From NCBI GenBank assembly GCA_943372425.1, contig CALRYR010000001.1:1-33898 (forward strand): DNA of 33,898 nt. The letters run 5' to 3'. A model generated the notes under the pieces. It saw only the letters and a list, made by a program, of their open reading frames with translations. It did no database searches and was not told where the DNA came from. The position numbers and the translations under genes were made by a program. This DNA comes from Variovorax sp. YR752 (GTDB taxonomy: Bacteria; Pseudomonadota; Gammaproteobacteria; Burkholderiales; Burkholderiaceae_C). Below, one piece after another: positions 1 to 10,762 of this stretch. Within the stretch, counting starts at the first letter, position 1. Each line of letters opens with the position of its first letter.

Positions 1-1
1 C

Positions 2-850
2 CAGATGATTCCGTACGAGACCAGTTCGGTGAACCTGCGACGTCTGAAGACCAACGCGAAGATCGACCTGACCGACAAGGGCTACGAAGGCATCGGCGCC
101 ATCAACTGGCTGGCCTTCAACCTCGAACGCAAGCCGCTGTCCGACGTCAGGGTGCGCAAGGCCATCGCCACGGCCATCGACAAGAACTTCGTCACCAAGG
201 CGCTCATGGGCGGCTTCGCCACGCCGGCCGACGGCCCCATCGTCCCGAGCAGCCCGTTCGCGGTGACTGACCTGGTGAAGTACCCGGTCGACCTGAAGAA
301 GGCAGCCGCGATGCTCGACGACGCCGGCTACAAGGCCGCTGACGGCGGTGAGCGTTTCAAGCTCACCATCGACTACATCCCCGGGGGCGACGAGCAGCAG
401 AAGAACGTGGCCGAGTACCTGCGCTCGCAGCTCAAGAAGGTGGGCATCACGCTCGACGTGCGCGCCTCGGCGGACTTCCCGACCTGGGCCAAGCGCATCG
501 CCGCGCACGACTTCGACATGACCATGGACACGGTCTTCAACTGGGGCGACCCGGTGATCGGCGTGCACCGCACCTACCTGTCGACCAACATCAAGCCGGT
601 GGTGTGGACCAACACGCAGTCGTACAACAACCCGAAGGTCGACGAGCTGCTGAACCAGGCAGGCTCGCTGCTGGACCCGGTCAAGCGCAAGGCCTACTAC
701 GCGACCTTCGAGAAGATCGTGACGGACGACGTGCCGATCGTCTTCATGAACCTGGTGCCGTACCACACGGCCACCGTCAAGCGCGTGGCCAACGTGCCCG
801 TGTCGATCTGGGGCGCGGCGTCGCCGCTCGACGAGGTCTACCTCAAGTAA
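2..850 (+). CDS. ABC transporter substrate-binding protein, family 5 (Dpp/Opp/Nik type), 5'-truncated by window edge
   Basis: Frame is open from the window edge. Typical family-5 C-terminal half (FNLERKPLSDVRVRKAIATAID, YNNPKVDELL). Directly upstream of DppB/C/D/F-like genes. Confidence 0.92.
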   Translation, partial: QMIPYETSSVNLRRLKTNAKIDLTDKGYEGIGAINWLAFNLERKPLSDVRVRKAIATAIDKNFVTKALMGGFATPADGPIVPSSPFAVTDLVKYPVDLKKAAAMLDDAGYKAADGGERFKLTIDYIPGGDEQQKNVAEYLRSQLKKVGITLDVRASADFPTWAKRIAAHDFDMTMDTVFNWGDPVIGVHRTYLSTNIKPVVWTNTQSYNNPKVDELLNQAGSLLDPVKRKAYYATFEKIVTDDVPIVFMNLVPYHTATVKRVANVPVSIWGAASPLDEVYLK

Positions 851-875
851 GCGCCGCATTGCAACGGCACACACC

Positions 876-1850
876 ATGAACATCCTGCGCTTCATCGCCC
901 AGCGCCTGCTGCAGGCTTTCCTGCTGATCGCGGCGGTGGTCGTCCTCAACTTTGCATTGGTGCATGCCGCCCCGGGCGACCCGGTGGAGACCATCGCGGG
1001 CGCCAGCGGCGGCATGTCCGAAGAGCTCAAGGCCGAACTGCGCACCAGCTACGGGCTCGACAAGCCGCTGCCAGTGCAACTGGGCGTGTATCTGGCGCGA
1101 GTGGTGCAGCTCGACCTCGGCTATTCGTACTTCTTCAACCTGCCGGTGTCGGGGCTGATCGCCGAGCGCATTCCAGCCACGCTGCTGCTGGTGGTGTGCT
1201 CGGTGCTCTGGGCCTTCCTGGCCGGCACGGCGCTCGGCGTGCTGGCTGCCCGCAAGCCCAACGGCTGGCTGTCGCAGGCCATCACGGTGCTGTCGATGGT
1301 GGGCTTCGCGGCGCCGGTGTTCTGGAGCGGAATGATGCTGGTGATCCTGTTCGCGGCGGTCATCCCGATCTTCCCCATCTCCGACATGCGCTCGGTCGAT
1401 GCGTCGGGCGGTGGCTGGCGCGACGTGCTCGACGTGGCGCACCACCTGGTGCTGCCCTCGGTCACGCTGGGCCTGGTGTACCTCGCGCAGTACAGCCGGC
1501 TCGCACGGGCCAGCATGCTCGAGGTGCTGGGTGCCGACTTCATCCGCACGGCGCGCGCCAAGGGCCTGGCCGAACGCTTCGTGCTCTACAAGCACGCGCT
1601 GCGCAACGCGGTGCTGCCGGTGATCACCGTGTTGGGCCTGCAGTTCGGCAACGTGATGGCCGGTGCCATCCTGGTCGAGACGGTGTTCAACTGGCCCGGC
1701 CTCGGCCGCCTCGCCTTCGAGGCGGTGCTGCGCCGCGACTACCCGACCGTGCTGGGCGTGCTGCTGTTCTCGTCGGTCGTGGTGCTGGTGATGAACCAGC
1801 TCACCGACCTCGCCTACCGCCTGGTCGACCCCCGCATCAAGGCCCGCTGA
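876..1850 (+). CDS. Peptide/nickel ABC transporter permease (DppB/OppB-like)
   Basis: N-terminal APGDP motif, multiple hydrophobic segments, EAA-loop [26 protein letters not shown] and C-terminal DPRI. Confidence 0.95.
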   Translation: MNILRFIAQRLLQAFLLIAAVVVLNFALVHAAPGDPVETIAGASGGMSEELKAELRTSYGLDKPLPVQLGVYLARVVQLDLGYSYFFNLPVSGLIAERIPATLLLVVCSVLWAFLAGTALGVLAARKPNGWLSQAITVLSMVGFAAPVFWSGMMLVILFAAVIPIFPISDMRSVDASGGGWRDVLDVAHHLVLPSVTLGLVYLAQYSRLARASMLEVLGADFIRTARAKGLAERFVLYKHALRNAVLPVITVLGLQFGNVMAGAILVETVFNWPGLGRLAFEAVLRRDYPTVLGVLLFSSVVVLVMNQLTDLAYRLVDPRIKAR

Positions 1851-1852
1851 AC

Positions 1853-2737
1853 ATGTCCGCCATTCTTTCTGTGGGCGCTGCGGTGCCCGTCAAGGCGCCC
1901 TCGCCCTTCGTCGAAGCGCTGCGCATGTTCGCGCGCAACCCGTCGGCCGTGGCCGGGCTCGTGATGCTCACGGCCATCGTGCTGCTGTCGGTGTTCGGGC
2001 CGATGCTCTACGTGGCCGATCCGTTCGAGATCCGCGCCGCGCCGCTCACGCCGCCCTTCGACGCCGAGTCCTGGTTTGGCACGGACTACCTGGGCCGCGA
2101 CGTGATGACCGCACTGCTCTACGGCGGCCGCGCCACGCTGCTGGTGGGCGCCACGGCCGCCCTGCTGTCGGTGCTCATCGGCGTCACGGTCGGTGCCTTC
2201 GCGGGCTACTACGGCGGCAAGGTCGACGGCACGCTGATGCGCGTCACCGAGTTCTTCCAGGTGCTGCCGGCGCTGCTGTTCGCGATGGTGGTGGTGACGT
2301 TGTTCGCGCCATCGCTCGTCACCGTCACGCTGTCGATCGGGCTGGTGAGCTGGCCGGGCACGGCCCGGCTCGCGCGCGGCGAGTTCATGCGCTACCGCGA
2401 CATGGAATTCGTGCGGGCCGAGCGCTCCATCGGCGCGGGCCACGCCCGCATCATCTGGAAGGTGATCCTGCCGAACGCGTTTGCACCGCTGATCGTGTCG
2501 GCCACGCTGGCGGTCGGCGCGGCCATCCTGTTCGAGGCGGGGCTGTCGTTTCTCGGCCTGGGCGACCCGAACCAGATGAGCTGGGGAATGATGATCGGAT
2601 CGAGCCGGCAGTACGTGCTGTCGTGCTGGTGGGCTGTGGCCTTCCCCGGTGCGGCGATCTTCCTCACGGTGCTCGCCGTCAGCCTGATCGGCGACGGCCT
2701 GAACGATGCCCTCAACCCCAAGCTGAGGGAGCGCTGA
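1853..2737 (+). CDS. Peptide/nickel ABC transporter permease (DppC/OppC-like)
   Basis: ATG at 1853 (MSAILS...), 2 nt after the previous stop, within the 1196..2737 ORF. Motifs [33 protein letters not shown]. Confidence 0.94.
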   Translation: MSAILSVGAAVPVKAPSPFVEALRMFARNPSAVAGLVMLTAIVLLSVFGPMLYVADPFEIRAAPLTPPFDAESWFGTDYLGRDVMTALLYGGRATLLVGATAALLSVLIGVTVGAFAGYYGGKVDGTLMRVTEFFQVLPALLFAMVVVTLFAPSLVTVTLSIGLVSWPGTARLARGEFMRYRDMEFVRAERSIGAGHARIIWKVILPNAFAPLIVSATLAVGAAILFEAGLSFLGLGDPNQMSWGMMIGSSRQYVLSCWWAVAFPGAAIFLTVLAVSLIGDGLNDALNPKLRER

Positions 2738-2738
2738 C

Positions 2739-3745
<1,007 letters not shown>

Positions 3746-3749
<4 letters not shown>

Positions 3750-4840
3750 GCCCGACGCTTGTTCCAACGCCGGCCGAGTCGCCGACACCTCAGTCGCCAC
3801 CCCCCGTGCTGCTCACCGTCACCGACCTGAAGGTGCACTTCCCGCGGCCCGGTGCGGGGCTGTTCAAGGCACCCGAGGTGGTGAAGGCCGTCGATGGCGT
3901 GTCCTTCGAGGTGCGCCGCGGCACCACGCTGGCGGTGGTCGGCGAGTCGGGTTCCGGCAAGACGACGACCGCGCTCGCCGTGATGCGGCTCGCGCCCATC
4001 ACCGAAGGCAGCGTGCGCCTGGGCACCACCGACCTGAGCCTGCTGGGCGACGACGCGATGCGTGAAGCGCGGCGCCGTTTGCAGATCATCTTCCAGGACC
4101 CGTACTCGTCGCTCAACCCGCGTCAGCGCGTGGGCGATGCGGTGCGCGCGCCGCTCGACCTGATGAAGATCGGCACGGCGGACGAACGCAGCCAGCGCGT
4201 CGACGAACTCTTCACCGCCGTGGGCCTGCGGCCCGAGCAGAAGAACCTGTTCCCGCACCAGTTCTCGGGCGGGCAGCGCCAGCGCATCAACATCGCGCGG
4301 GCGCTGGCCACCAACCCCGAACTGGTGGTGTGCGACGAGCCGGTGTCGGCCCTGGACATTGCGATCCGCGCCCAGATCCTGAACCTGTTGGTCAAGCTGC
4401 AACGCGAGCTGGGGCTGACGTACCTCTTCATTTCGCACGACATGGCGGTGGTCGAGCACATCTGCGATGAGATCGCCGTGATGTACCTCGGGCAGATCGT
4501 CGAGCGCGCACCGCGCAAGGCCTTCTTCGCGCGGCCACTACACCCGTACAGCGTGGCGCTGATGTCGGCCGTGCCCGATGTGAAAGGCGGCCGGGCGCGC
4601 GCGGCGCAGCGCATTCAGCTGAGCGGTGACCCGCCCAGCCCCATCTCGCCGCCGCCCGGCTGCCGCTTCGCCGGCCGCTGCCCGGTGGCCGAGCCGGCCT
4701 GCGCGGAGGCGCTGCCGCCGCTGGTGCAGGTCGAGGCCGGCCACTGGGTGCGCTGCCGGCGCGTCCAGGTGTTGGACGGCAAGGCGGTCGCACCGCTCGA
4801 ATTGCCCGTGATATCGCAGACGCTGCCGCTGGCCGCTTGA
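3746..4840 (+). CDS. Peptide ABC transporter ATP-binding protein (DppF/OppF-like)
   Basis: ATG at 3746 overlaps the previous stop (ATGA). GESGSGKT, FSGGQRQR, VVCDEPVSALD, HPYS, GCRFAGRC. Confidence 0.95.
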
Positions 4841-4868
4841 GCCTTTTTTCACCGAACCTTCTGCTTCC

Positions 4869-6518
4869 ATGACCGACATCACCGTCTTCCAGGCCCGCAA
4901 GATCCTCACCATGAACCCGATGCAGCCGGACGCGACGCACGTCGCTGTGCGCGACGGCAAGGTGCTGGCGGTAGGCGACCTCGCGCGCATGCAGGCCTGG
5001 GGCGACTTCACGCTCGACACGCGCTTTGCCGACAAGGTGCTGATGCCGGGCCTGGTCGAAGGGCACTCGCACCTGATGGCCGGTGGGCTGTGGCAATTTC
5101 CGTTCGTTGGCTTCCATGCGCGCACCGCACCAGACGGCAAGGTCTGGAGTGGCTGCGTCGACTTCGAGGCGGTGATCGAGCGCCTCTGCGCCATCGAGGG
5201 CACCATGACCGACCCGGCCGCGCCGCTGCTGGCCTGGGGCTTCGACCCGATCTTCTTCGGCCGCGAGCGCATGACGGTGCACCACCTCGACCGCGTGTCG
5301 ACCACGCGCGCCGTGGTCATCCTGCATGCAAGCCAGCACCTGATGAACGTCAACAGCGCGGCGCTGGCGCAGGCCGGCATCACGCGCGACACCGAGATCG
5401 AAGGCATCGCGCGCTTCGACGATGGCGAGCCGAATGGCGAGTTGCAGGAGTTCGCGGCGATGTTCCCCATCACCCGGCTCACCGGCAACATCTTCCGTGT
5501 GGCGGGCTCGACCCCGTCGGCCTTGCGCATGTTCGGCCAGATGGCGCAGCACGCCGGCGTGACCACCGCGACCGACCTGGTCAACGACCTGTCGGACTTC
5601 AACCACGCCGCACTCGCCGAGGTCACGGCCGAGCCCGATTTCCCGGTGCGGTTGGTGCCGGCCTACATCAGCATGGTCGAATCCTCGAGCATCGACGCCG
5701 GCATCGCACGCATCCGAGAGCGCCAGGCCGCCGGCAACGACAAGCTGCACTACGGCCTGGTGAAGATCGTGGTCGACGGGTCGATCCAGGGCTTCACGGC
5801 GCGCGTTCGCTGGCCCGGCTACTTCAACGGTGCGCCCAACGGCATCTGGATCCTGCCGCCGGCGCAGTTGAAGGCGACCATCGCCCAGTTCCACGCGGCG
5901 GGCTTTCAGCTGCACATCCACACCAACGGCGACGAGGCGACCGAACTGGCCCTCGACGCCATCGAGGCCGCACTGGAAGCGCACCCACGCGCCGACCACC
6001 GCCACACGCTGCAGCATTGCCAAATGGCCGACGCGGCGCAGTTCGCGCGCATGGCGCGGCTGGGCATGTGCGTGAACCTGTTCGCCAACCACCTCTACTA
6101 CTGGGGCGACGCGCACCGCGAACTGACCATGGGCCCGGACCGCGCGATGCGCATGGACGCCTGCGGCACCGCGCTCGCGGCCGGCGTGCCACTGGCCATC
6201 CATTCCGACGCACCGATCACGCCGCTCGGCCCGCTCTTCACCGCGTGGTGCGCGGTCAACCGGCTCACGTCGACCGGCCAGAAGCTGGGCGAGGCCGAAT
6301 GCATCTCGGTGCCCGACGCGCTGCGCGCGATCACCATGGGCGCGGCCTTCACGTTGTCGATGGACCACCTGATCGGATCGATCGAGATCGGCAAGTACGC
6401 CGACTTCTGCGTGCTCGGCGACGACCCGCTTGCCGTCGCGCCCGAGGCGCTGAAAGACGTGCCGGTGCTCGGCACCGTGATCGGCGGGCGGGCGGTGCCG
6501 CTGCCGACGGCCGCATGA
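4869..6518 (+). CDS. Metal-dependent amidohydrolase (Amidohydro_3 / YtcJ-like)
   Basis: 549 aa with MPGLVEGHSH (HxH), KIVVDGS, LHIHTNGD, TLQHCQ, AIHSDAP, GSIEIGKYADF. No signal peptide. Confidence 0.9.
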   Translation: MTDITVFQARKILTMNPMQPDATHVAVRDGKVLAVGDLARMQAWGDFTLDTRFADKVLMPGLVEGHSHLMAGGLWQFPFVGFHARTAPDGKVWSGCVDFEAVIERLCAIEGTMTDPAAPLLAWGFDPIFFGRERMTVHHLDRVSTTRAVVILHASQHLMNVNSAALAQAGITRDTEIEGIARFDDGEPNGELQEFAAMFPITRLTGNIFRVAGSTPSALRMFGQMAQHAGVTTATDLVNDLSDFNHAALAEVTAEPDFPVRLVPAYISMVESSSIDAGIARIRERQAAGNDKLHYGLVKIVVDGSIQGFTARVRWPGYFNGAPNGIWILPPAQLKATIAQFHAAGFQLHIHTNGDEATELALDAIEAALEAHPRADHRHTLQHCQMADAAQFARMARLGMCVNLFANHLYYWGDAHRELTMGPDRAMRMDACGTALAAGVPLAIHSDAPITPLGPLFTAWCAVNRLTSTGQKLGEAECISVPDALRAITMGAAFTLSMDHLIGSIEIGKYADFCVLGDDPLAVAPEALKDVPVLGTVIGGRAVPLPTAA

Positions 6519-7540
6519 GCGATACGGACGCGGATGCCCACGGCGGGCGCATTCCGCTGACGGTCATCGGCGGCTTCCTCGGCACCGGCAAGACGACGCT
6601 GCTCAACCGCCTGCTCGAGAACAACGACGGCCGGCGGCTGGCCGTGCTGGTCAACGACTTCGGCGCGATCAACGTCGACGCGGCGCTGGTCGCCTCGCGC
6701 GGTGTCGACACGATGAGCCTGCAGAACGGCTGCGTGTGCTGCCAGATCGGCGGCGACCTGACGGACGCACTGATCCGCGTGATCGGCAGCGTGCCGCGGC
6801 CCGATGCCATCGTCATCGAGGCCAGCGGGGTGTCCGACCCGTGGCGCATCGCGCAGGTCGGACTGGCCGACCCGGCGCTCGCGCTCGACGGCGTGGTGGT
6901 GCTGGTCGATGTCGCCTCGGTGCGGGAGCAGGCCGACGACCCGCTGCTGGCCGACACTGTGCGCCGGCAGTTGCAGGCGGCTGACCTGCTGGTGTTGAAC
7001 CAGTGCGACCGCGTCGACGACGCGTCGCTGGCGGCGCTGCGCGACTGGCTCGACGCGGAAGTACCCGGCACGCCGCGCCACGAGACGCGCTTTGCCGATG
7101 TGCCGGCTGCGCTGCTCGGGGCGCCGTTGTCGGCTGTCCACCATGGACACCACTGCACGGCGGACTGCGCGCATGACCACGCACACACACCCCATCACGG
7201 CGATGTCTTCGACACCTGGTCCCTGGCGGACGATGCGGTGTACAGCGCCGATGCCCTGCGCGCGCTGCTCCGTGCGATGCCAAGCGGCGTGCTGCGGCTC
7301 AAGGGCGTGGTGCGGACGGACCGGCTCGGCTGGGCCGTGCTGCAGTTCGCCGGTCGACACGGCTCGCTGCGCATCTGGTCGCCGCAGGATGCGGTGCCGG
7401 TCGCCAGCGCGGACAGCGCCCTGGTTGCCATCGGCGCACGCGGCCATCTGCCGGTCCAGGCACTCGATGCGGCGCTGAAGGCCGCACGCACAATCTCTCC
7501 CTCGCCGGCCACCGCGAGCCGGCACGAAAGCCTCGCATGA
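6515..7540 (+). CDS. COG0523 / CobW-family G3E GTPase metallochaperone
   Basis: ATG at 6515 overlaps the amidohydrolase stop (ATGA). GGFLGTGKTT, VNDFG, GCVCC (CxCC), IEASG, His-rich tract HHGHHCTADCAHDHAHTPHH, CobW_C-like LRLKG. Confidence 0.93.
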   Translation: MSDTDADAHGGRIPLTVIGGFLGTGKTTLLNRLLENNDGRRLAVLVNDFGAINVDAALVASRGVDTMSLQNGCVCCQIGGDLTDALIRVIGSVPRPDAIVIEASGVSDPWRIAQVGLADPALALDGVVVLVDVASVREQADDPLLADTVRRQLQAADLLVLNQCDRVDDASLAALRDWLDAEVPGTPRHETRFADVPAALLGAPLSAVHHGHHCTADCAHDHAHTPHHGDVFDTWSLADDAVYSADALRALLRAMPSGVLRLKGVVRTDRLGWAVLQFAGRHGSLRIWSPQDAVPVASADSALVAIGARGHLPVQALDAALKAARTISPSPATASRHESLA

Positions 7541-8445
7541 AAGCCCCTTCGCTCCAGAGCCCCCTGACGGGCCTCGACCTCCTTGCCGCACTCGGCGTGG
7601 TCGTGATCTGGGGGCTCAACTTCGTCGCGATGAAGTTCTCGCTGCGCGACTTCACGCCCTTTCAGCTCGGCACCTTCCGCTACGTGTTCGCGGTGCTGCC
7701 GCTGCTGCTCTTCATCAGGAAGCCGGCGCTGTCGTGGCGCTGGCTGCTGCCGGCGGGGCTGGCGCAACTGGGGCAGTTCGGCCTGCTGTTCGTCGCGCTG
7801 CAAGTGGGCATGACGGCGGCGCTGGCCTCGGTGCTGATGCAGACGCAGGTGTTCTTCACCACACTGCTGGGCATCATCCTGCTGCACGAGCGGCTCAGCG
7901 GGCCGTTGCGCGCGGGGCTGGTCCTGGCCGCGGCAGGGCTGGCCTGCTTCGCGGTGAACCTTGGCGGTGGCAGCGGAGGCATCACGCTGCTGAGCCTGCT
8001 GCTGAACCTGGGTGCCGCGTCGATGTGGGCGGTGTCGAACATCATCGTGCGGCGTGCACAGCAGTCGCAGCCGGGCTACGACCCGCTGGGCTTCGTCGTG
8101 TGGATGTCGCTGGTGCCCATCCTGCCGTTCGCGGTGATGGCCTGGTGCTTCGAGCCCGCCGCCACGCGCTGGCAATGGACGCACGCGAGCTTCGGCGCCT
8201 GGGCCGGCGTGGCCTACCTCGGCTGGTTCGCCACCGTCGCGGCCTATGCGATGTGGACCTGGCTGCTCAAGCGCCATGCGGCCAATCGCGTGGCGCCTTT
8301 CAGCCTTGGTGTGCCGGTGATCGGGCTGGCGGCGGGCATGCTCGCGCTGGGCGAGACGGTGTCGGGCTGGCAATGGGCCGGCAGCGCGTGCGTGGTGATG
8401 GCTTTGGCCGTCGTGATGTTCGGCGGACGGTGGCGCCGGGGCTGA
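7537..8445 (+). CDS. EamA/DMT family exporter (YdeD/EamA-like)
   Basis: About 10 hydrophobic segments. IWGLNFVAMK, GQFGLLF, VAPFSLGVPV. ATGA overlap with the GTPase. Confidence 0.9.
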   Translation: MKAPSLQSPLTGLDLLAALGVVVIWGLNFVAMKFSLRDFTPFQLGTFRYVFAVLPLLLFIRKPALSWRWLLPAGLAQLGQFGLLFVALQVGMTAALASVLMQTQVFFTTLLGIILLHERLSGPLRAGLVLAAAGLACFAVNLGGGSGGITLLSLLLNLGAASMWAVSNIIVRRAQQSQPGYDPLGFVVWMSLVPILPFAVMAWCFEPAATRWQWTHASFGAWAGVAYLGWFATVAAYAMWTWLLKRHAANRVAPFSLGVPVIGLAAGMLALGETVSGWQWAGSACVVMALAVVMFGGRWRRG

Positions 8446-8482
8446 CAGCGCAGCGGCGCGCCACCCGCCACAATCCGCGCCC

Positions 8483-9364
8483 ATGGAGACATTGACCCGA
8501 CGCCAGCTCGCGCTGCTCGTTCCCCTCACGCTGGTGTGGGGCCTCAACTGGCCGGTGATGAAGCTGGGCGTGACGGACTTTCCGCCACTGAGCTTTCGTG
8601 CGCTGTCGCTGTGGATCGGCCTGCCGGTGCTCGGCCTGGCGCTGGTCGCGATGAAAGTGCCCTTTCGCATCCCGCGCCGCCACTGGCCGGAGCTGCTGTG
8701 GCTGGCGGCCACCAACATGTTCGTCTGGCACGCCTGCATGATGCTGGCGGTCAAGGAACTGTCGAGCGGGCGCTCGGCCATCCTCGGCTACACCATGCCG
8801 ATCTTCTCGGCGGTCATCGGCGCCTGGCTGTTCTCCAACCGGCTGAGCGCGCGCGCCTGGATGGGCGTGGGCGCGGCGGCGCTGGGCGTGGCGCTGCTGC
8901 TGTGGCACGAACTCGTCGGCATGGCCGGCAAGCCCGGATACATGGCGCTGGCGCTGCTGGCCGCGGCGACCTGGGCGCTGGGCACGCAATTGCTGCGCCG
9001 GTCGACGATGCCGGTGCCCACGCTGGCCATCTCGTTCTGGATGACGGCGCTCGCCGCTGTCGTGATCACGGTGCTGGCGACGCTGTTCGAGCGGCCGCAG
9101 TGGAAGATGCCTGGCACGGTCACCTGGGGTTCGGTCCTCTACAACGCGATCCTGATCTTCGGCTTCGCGCACGCGGCGTGGTTCTCGCTGGCCCGCGGGC
9201 TGCCGCCCATCGCCTCGACGCTGAGCGTGATGCTGATCCCGGTGCTCGGCGTGTTCAGCGGTGCGGTGTGGCTGGGCGAGGTGCTGCACTGGCAGGACTG
9301 GGCCGCCGTGGTGCTGATGGTGGTGGCGATCGCCGCGGTGCTGGCCCCGGCGCGCACGCGCTGA
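8483..9364 (+). CDS. EamA/DMT family transporter
   Basis: VWGLNWPVMK, AILGYTMP, LIPVLGV and a duplicated 5-TM hydrophobicity pattern. Confidence 0.9.
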   Translation: METLTRRQLALLVPLTLVWGLNWPVMKLGVTDFPPLSFRALSLWIGLPVLGLALVAMKVPFRIPRRHWPELLWLAATNMFVWHACMMLAVKELSSGRSAILGYTMPIFSAVIGAWLFSNRLSARAWMGVGAAALGVALLLWHELVGMAGKPGYMALALLAAATWALGTQLLRRSTMPVPTLAISFWMTALAAVVITVLATLFERPQWKMPGTVTWGSVLYNAILIFGFAHAAWFSLARGLPPIASTLSVMLIPVLGVFSGAVWLGEVLHWQDWAAVVLMVVAIAAVLAPARTR

Positions 9365-9396
9365 CACCACCGGCCCCGGCCTAGCAGCTATTCAGG

Positions 9397-9462
9397 CTGG
9401 CACTGTTCGTGCAAGCCCGATTGACACCAGATGCTTCATGCATAAAGTATTTACTTGTGAAT
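9397..9462 (+). promoter_or_regulatory. Promoter/operator region of the Liv-type ABC operon
   Basis: Perfect TTGACA (9421-9426), 16 nt, then TAAAGT (9443-9448). A sigma54-like TGGCAC-N5-GTGCA lies at 9398-9413. Imperfect palindromes TGCTTCATG|CATAAAGTA (9432-9449) and ATTTAC-TT-GTGAAT (9449-9462) sit in an AT-rich patch. Confidence 0.6.
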
Positions 9463-9534
9463 GAAGTGGCCCGCACAATCCCGGGGCCGCATGCATCGAA
9501 GTGGTGCCAACCTGATCTAACCGGAGTCCTCCCC

Positions 9535-10746
9535 ATGCGCTCGAAGTCCACCAAGCCGCCCGTCGCGACCGCCCTGTCCCGCACGCTGCGCTCCCTGATG
9601 CTCGCGTCCGCCTTCGGCGTGGCCGGCGCGGCACTGGCCACCCCCGTGAAGGTGGGCCTGGCGCTCGACATCTCCGGCCCCTTCGCTGCCCTGGGCGCCG
9701 AGGCGCGTGACGGCTTTGCGCTCGGCATCAAGCAGCTGGGCGGCAAGCTCGGCGGCCAGCCGGTGGAGTTCGTCCAGGCCGACATGGCCGGCAGCCCCGA
9801 CCAGGCCAAGCAGCTGGTCGACCGCATGATCCAGCGCGACAAGATCGACCTGTTCTCGGGCCCGATCGGCTCCAACATCGCCCTGGCCGTCGGCCCGACG
9901 CTGTTTGCGGCCAAGGTGCCGTACCTGTCGTCGAACGCCGGCCCCAGCCAGTTCGCCGGTGCGCAGTGCAACGCCTACTTCTTCGGCACCGCCTACCAGA
10001 ACGACCAGTTCCACGAGGCCGCCGGCAAGTTCGCGCAGGACCGCGGCTTCAAGAAGATGGTGATGATCGCCCCCAACTACCCGGCGGGCAAAGACGCACT
10101 GGGCGGCGCCAAGCGCCAGTTCAAGGGCCAGGTGGCCGATGAGCTGTACACCAAGCTCGGCCAGATCGACTACGCCGCCGAGCTCGCGCAGATCCGCGCA
10201 GCCAAGCCCGACTCGATCTATTTCTTCCTGCCCGGCGCGATGGGCATCAACTTCATCAAGCAGTTCGTGGGCGCGGGCCTGTCGAAGGACATCACGCTGG
10301 TCACCAGCGGCTTCTCGGCCGACGAAGACGTGATCGGCGCCGTGGGCGAGCCGATGCTGGGCCTGTTCAACACCTCGCATTGGGCGCACGACCTCGACAA
10401 CGCCGCCAACAAGGCCTTCGTCGAAGCCTTCAAGAAGGAATACAACGGCCGCTACCCCTCGCTGTACGCCGCCCAGGCCTACGACGTGATCCTGGCCATG
10501 GACGCCGCCGTGAAGCAGGCCGGCGGCAACGCGCAGAACCGCGAAGCCGTGATCGCCGCCCTGAAGAAGGCCAACTACGCATCGACGCGCGGCAGCTTCA
10601 AGTACGCGAACAACCACTACCCCATCGAGAACTTCTACCTGCGCGTGATCGGCAAGGACGCGCAAGGGAAGATCACCAACAAGACGGTCAGCACCCTGCT
10701 GACCAACTACGGCGATACCTACTCGGACAAATGTGCGCTGAAGTGA
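9535..10746 (+). CDS. ABC transporter substrate-binding protein, Leu/Ile/Val (HAAT) family, probably aromatic/organic-acid-binding subgroup
   Basis: GGAG at 9523-9526 before ATG 9535. Signal peptide ending ...AGAALA. Motifs SGPFAALG, SSNAGPSQFAG, APNYPAGKD, QIDYAAELAQIRAAKPD, YPSLYAAQAYD. Confidence 0.9.
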   Translation: MRSKSTKPPVATALSRTLRSLMLASAFGVAGAALATPVKVGLALDISGPFAALGAEARDGFALGIKQLGGKLGGQPVEFVQADMAGSPDQAKQLVDRMIQRDKIDLFSGPIGSNIALAVGPTLFAAKVPYLSSNAGPSQFAGAQCNAYFFGTAYQNDQFHEAAGKFAQDRGFKKMVMIAPNYPAGKDALGGAKRQFKGQVADELYTKLGQIDYAAELAQIRAAKPDSIYFFLPGAMGINFIKQFVGAGLSKDITLVTSGFSADEDVIGAVGEPMLGLFNTSHWAHDLDNAANKAFVEAFKKEYNGRYPSLYAAQAYDVILAMDAAVKQAGGNAQNREAVIAALKKANYASTRGSFKYANNHYPIENFYLRVIGKDAQGKITNKTVSTLLTNYGDTYSDKCALK

Positions 10747-10762
10747 CTCGTCTTCTCGGCGC

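Noticed and set aside
4829-4850. Possible terminator (short GC stem then TTTTTT) between the ABC ATPase and the amidohydrolase
   Set aside because: The stem is only about 3 bp, too weak to call an intrinsic terminator.
5090-6514. Apparent long N-terminal extensions in the ORF track (CobW 816 aa, FAD enzyme 904 aa, PQQ enzyme 664 aa, ArsR 425 aa)
   Set aside because: The extensions overlap other real genes in another frame or strand. Internal ATGs with RBS or ATGA coupling give family-typical lengths, so these are not fusions.
4428-7591. Long antisense and alternate-frame ORFs (e.g. 4428..6368 -, 6098..7591 -, and likewise 22933..25080 +, 27234..29228 +)
   Set aside because: They shadow well-supported genes, are Arg/Ala/Gly/Pro-rich with no motifs, and are expected in high-GC DNA with few stop codons.
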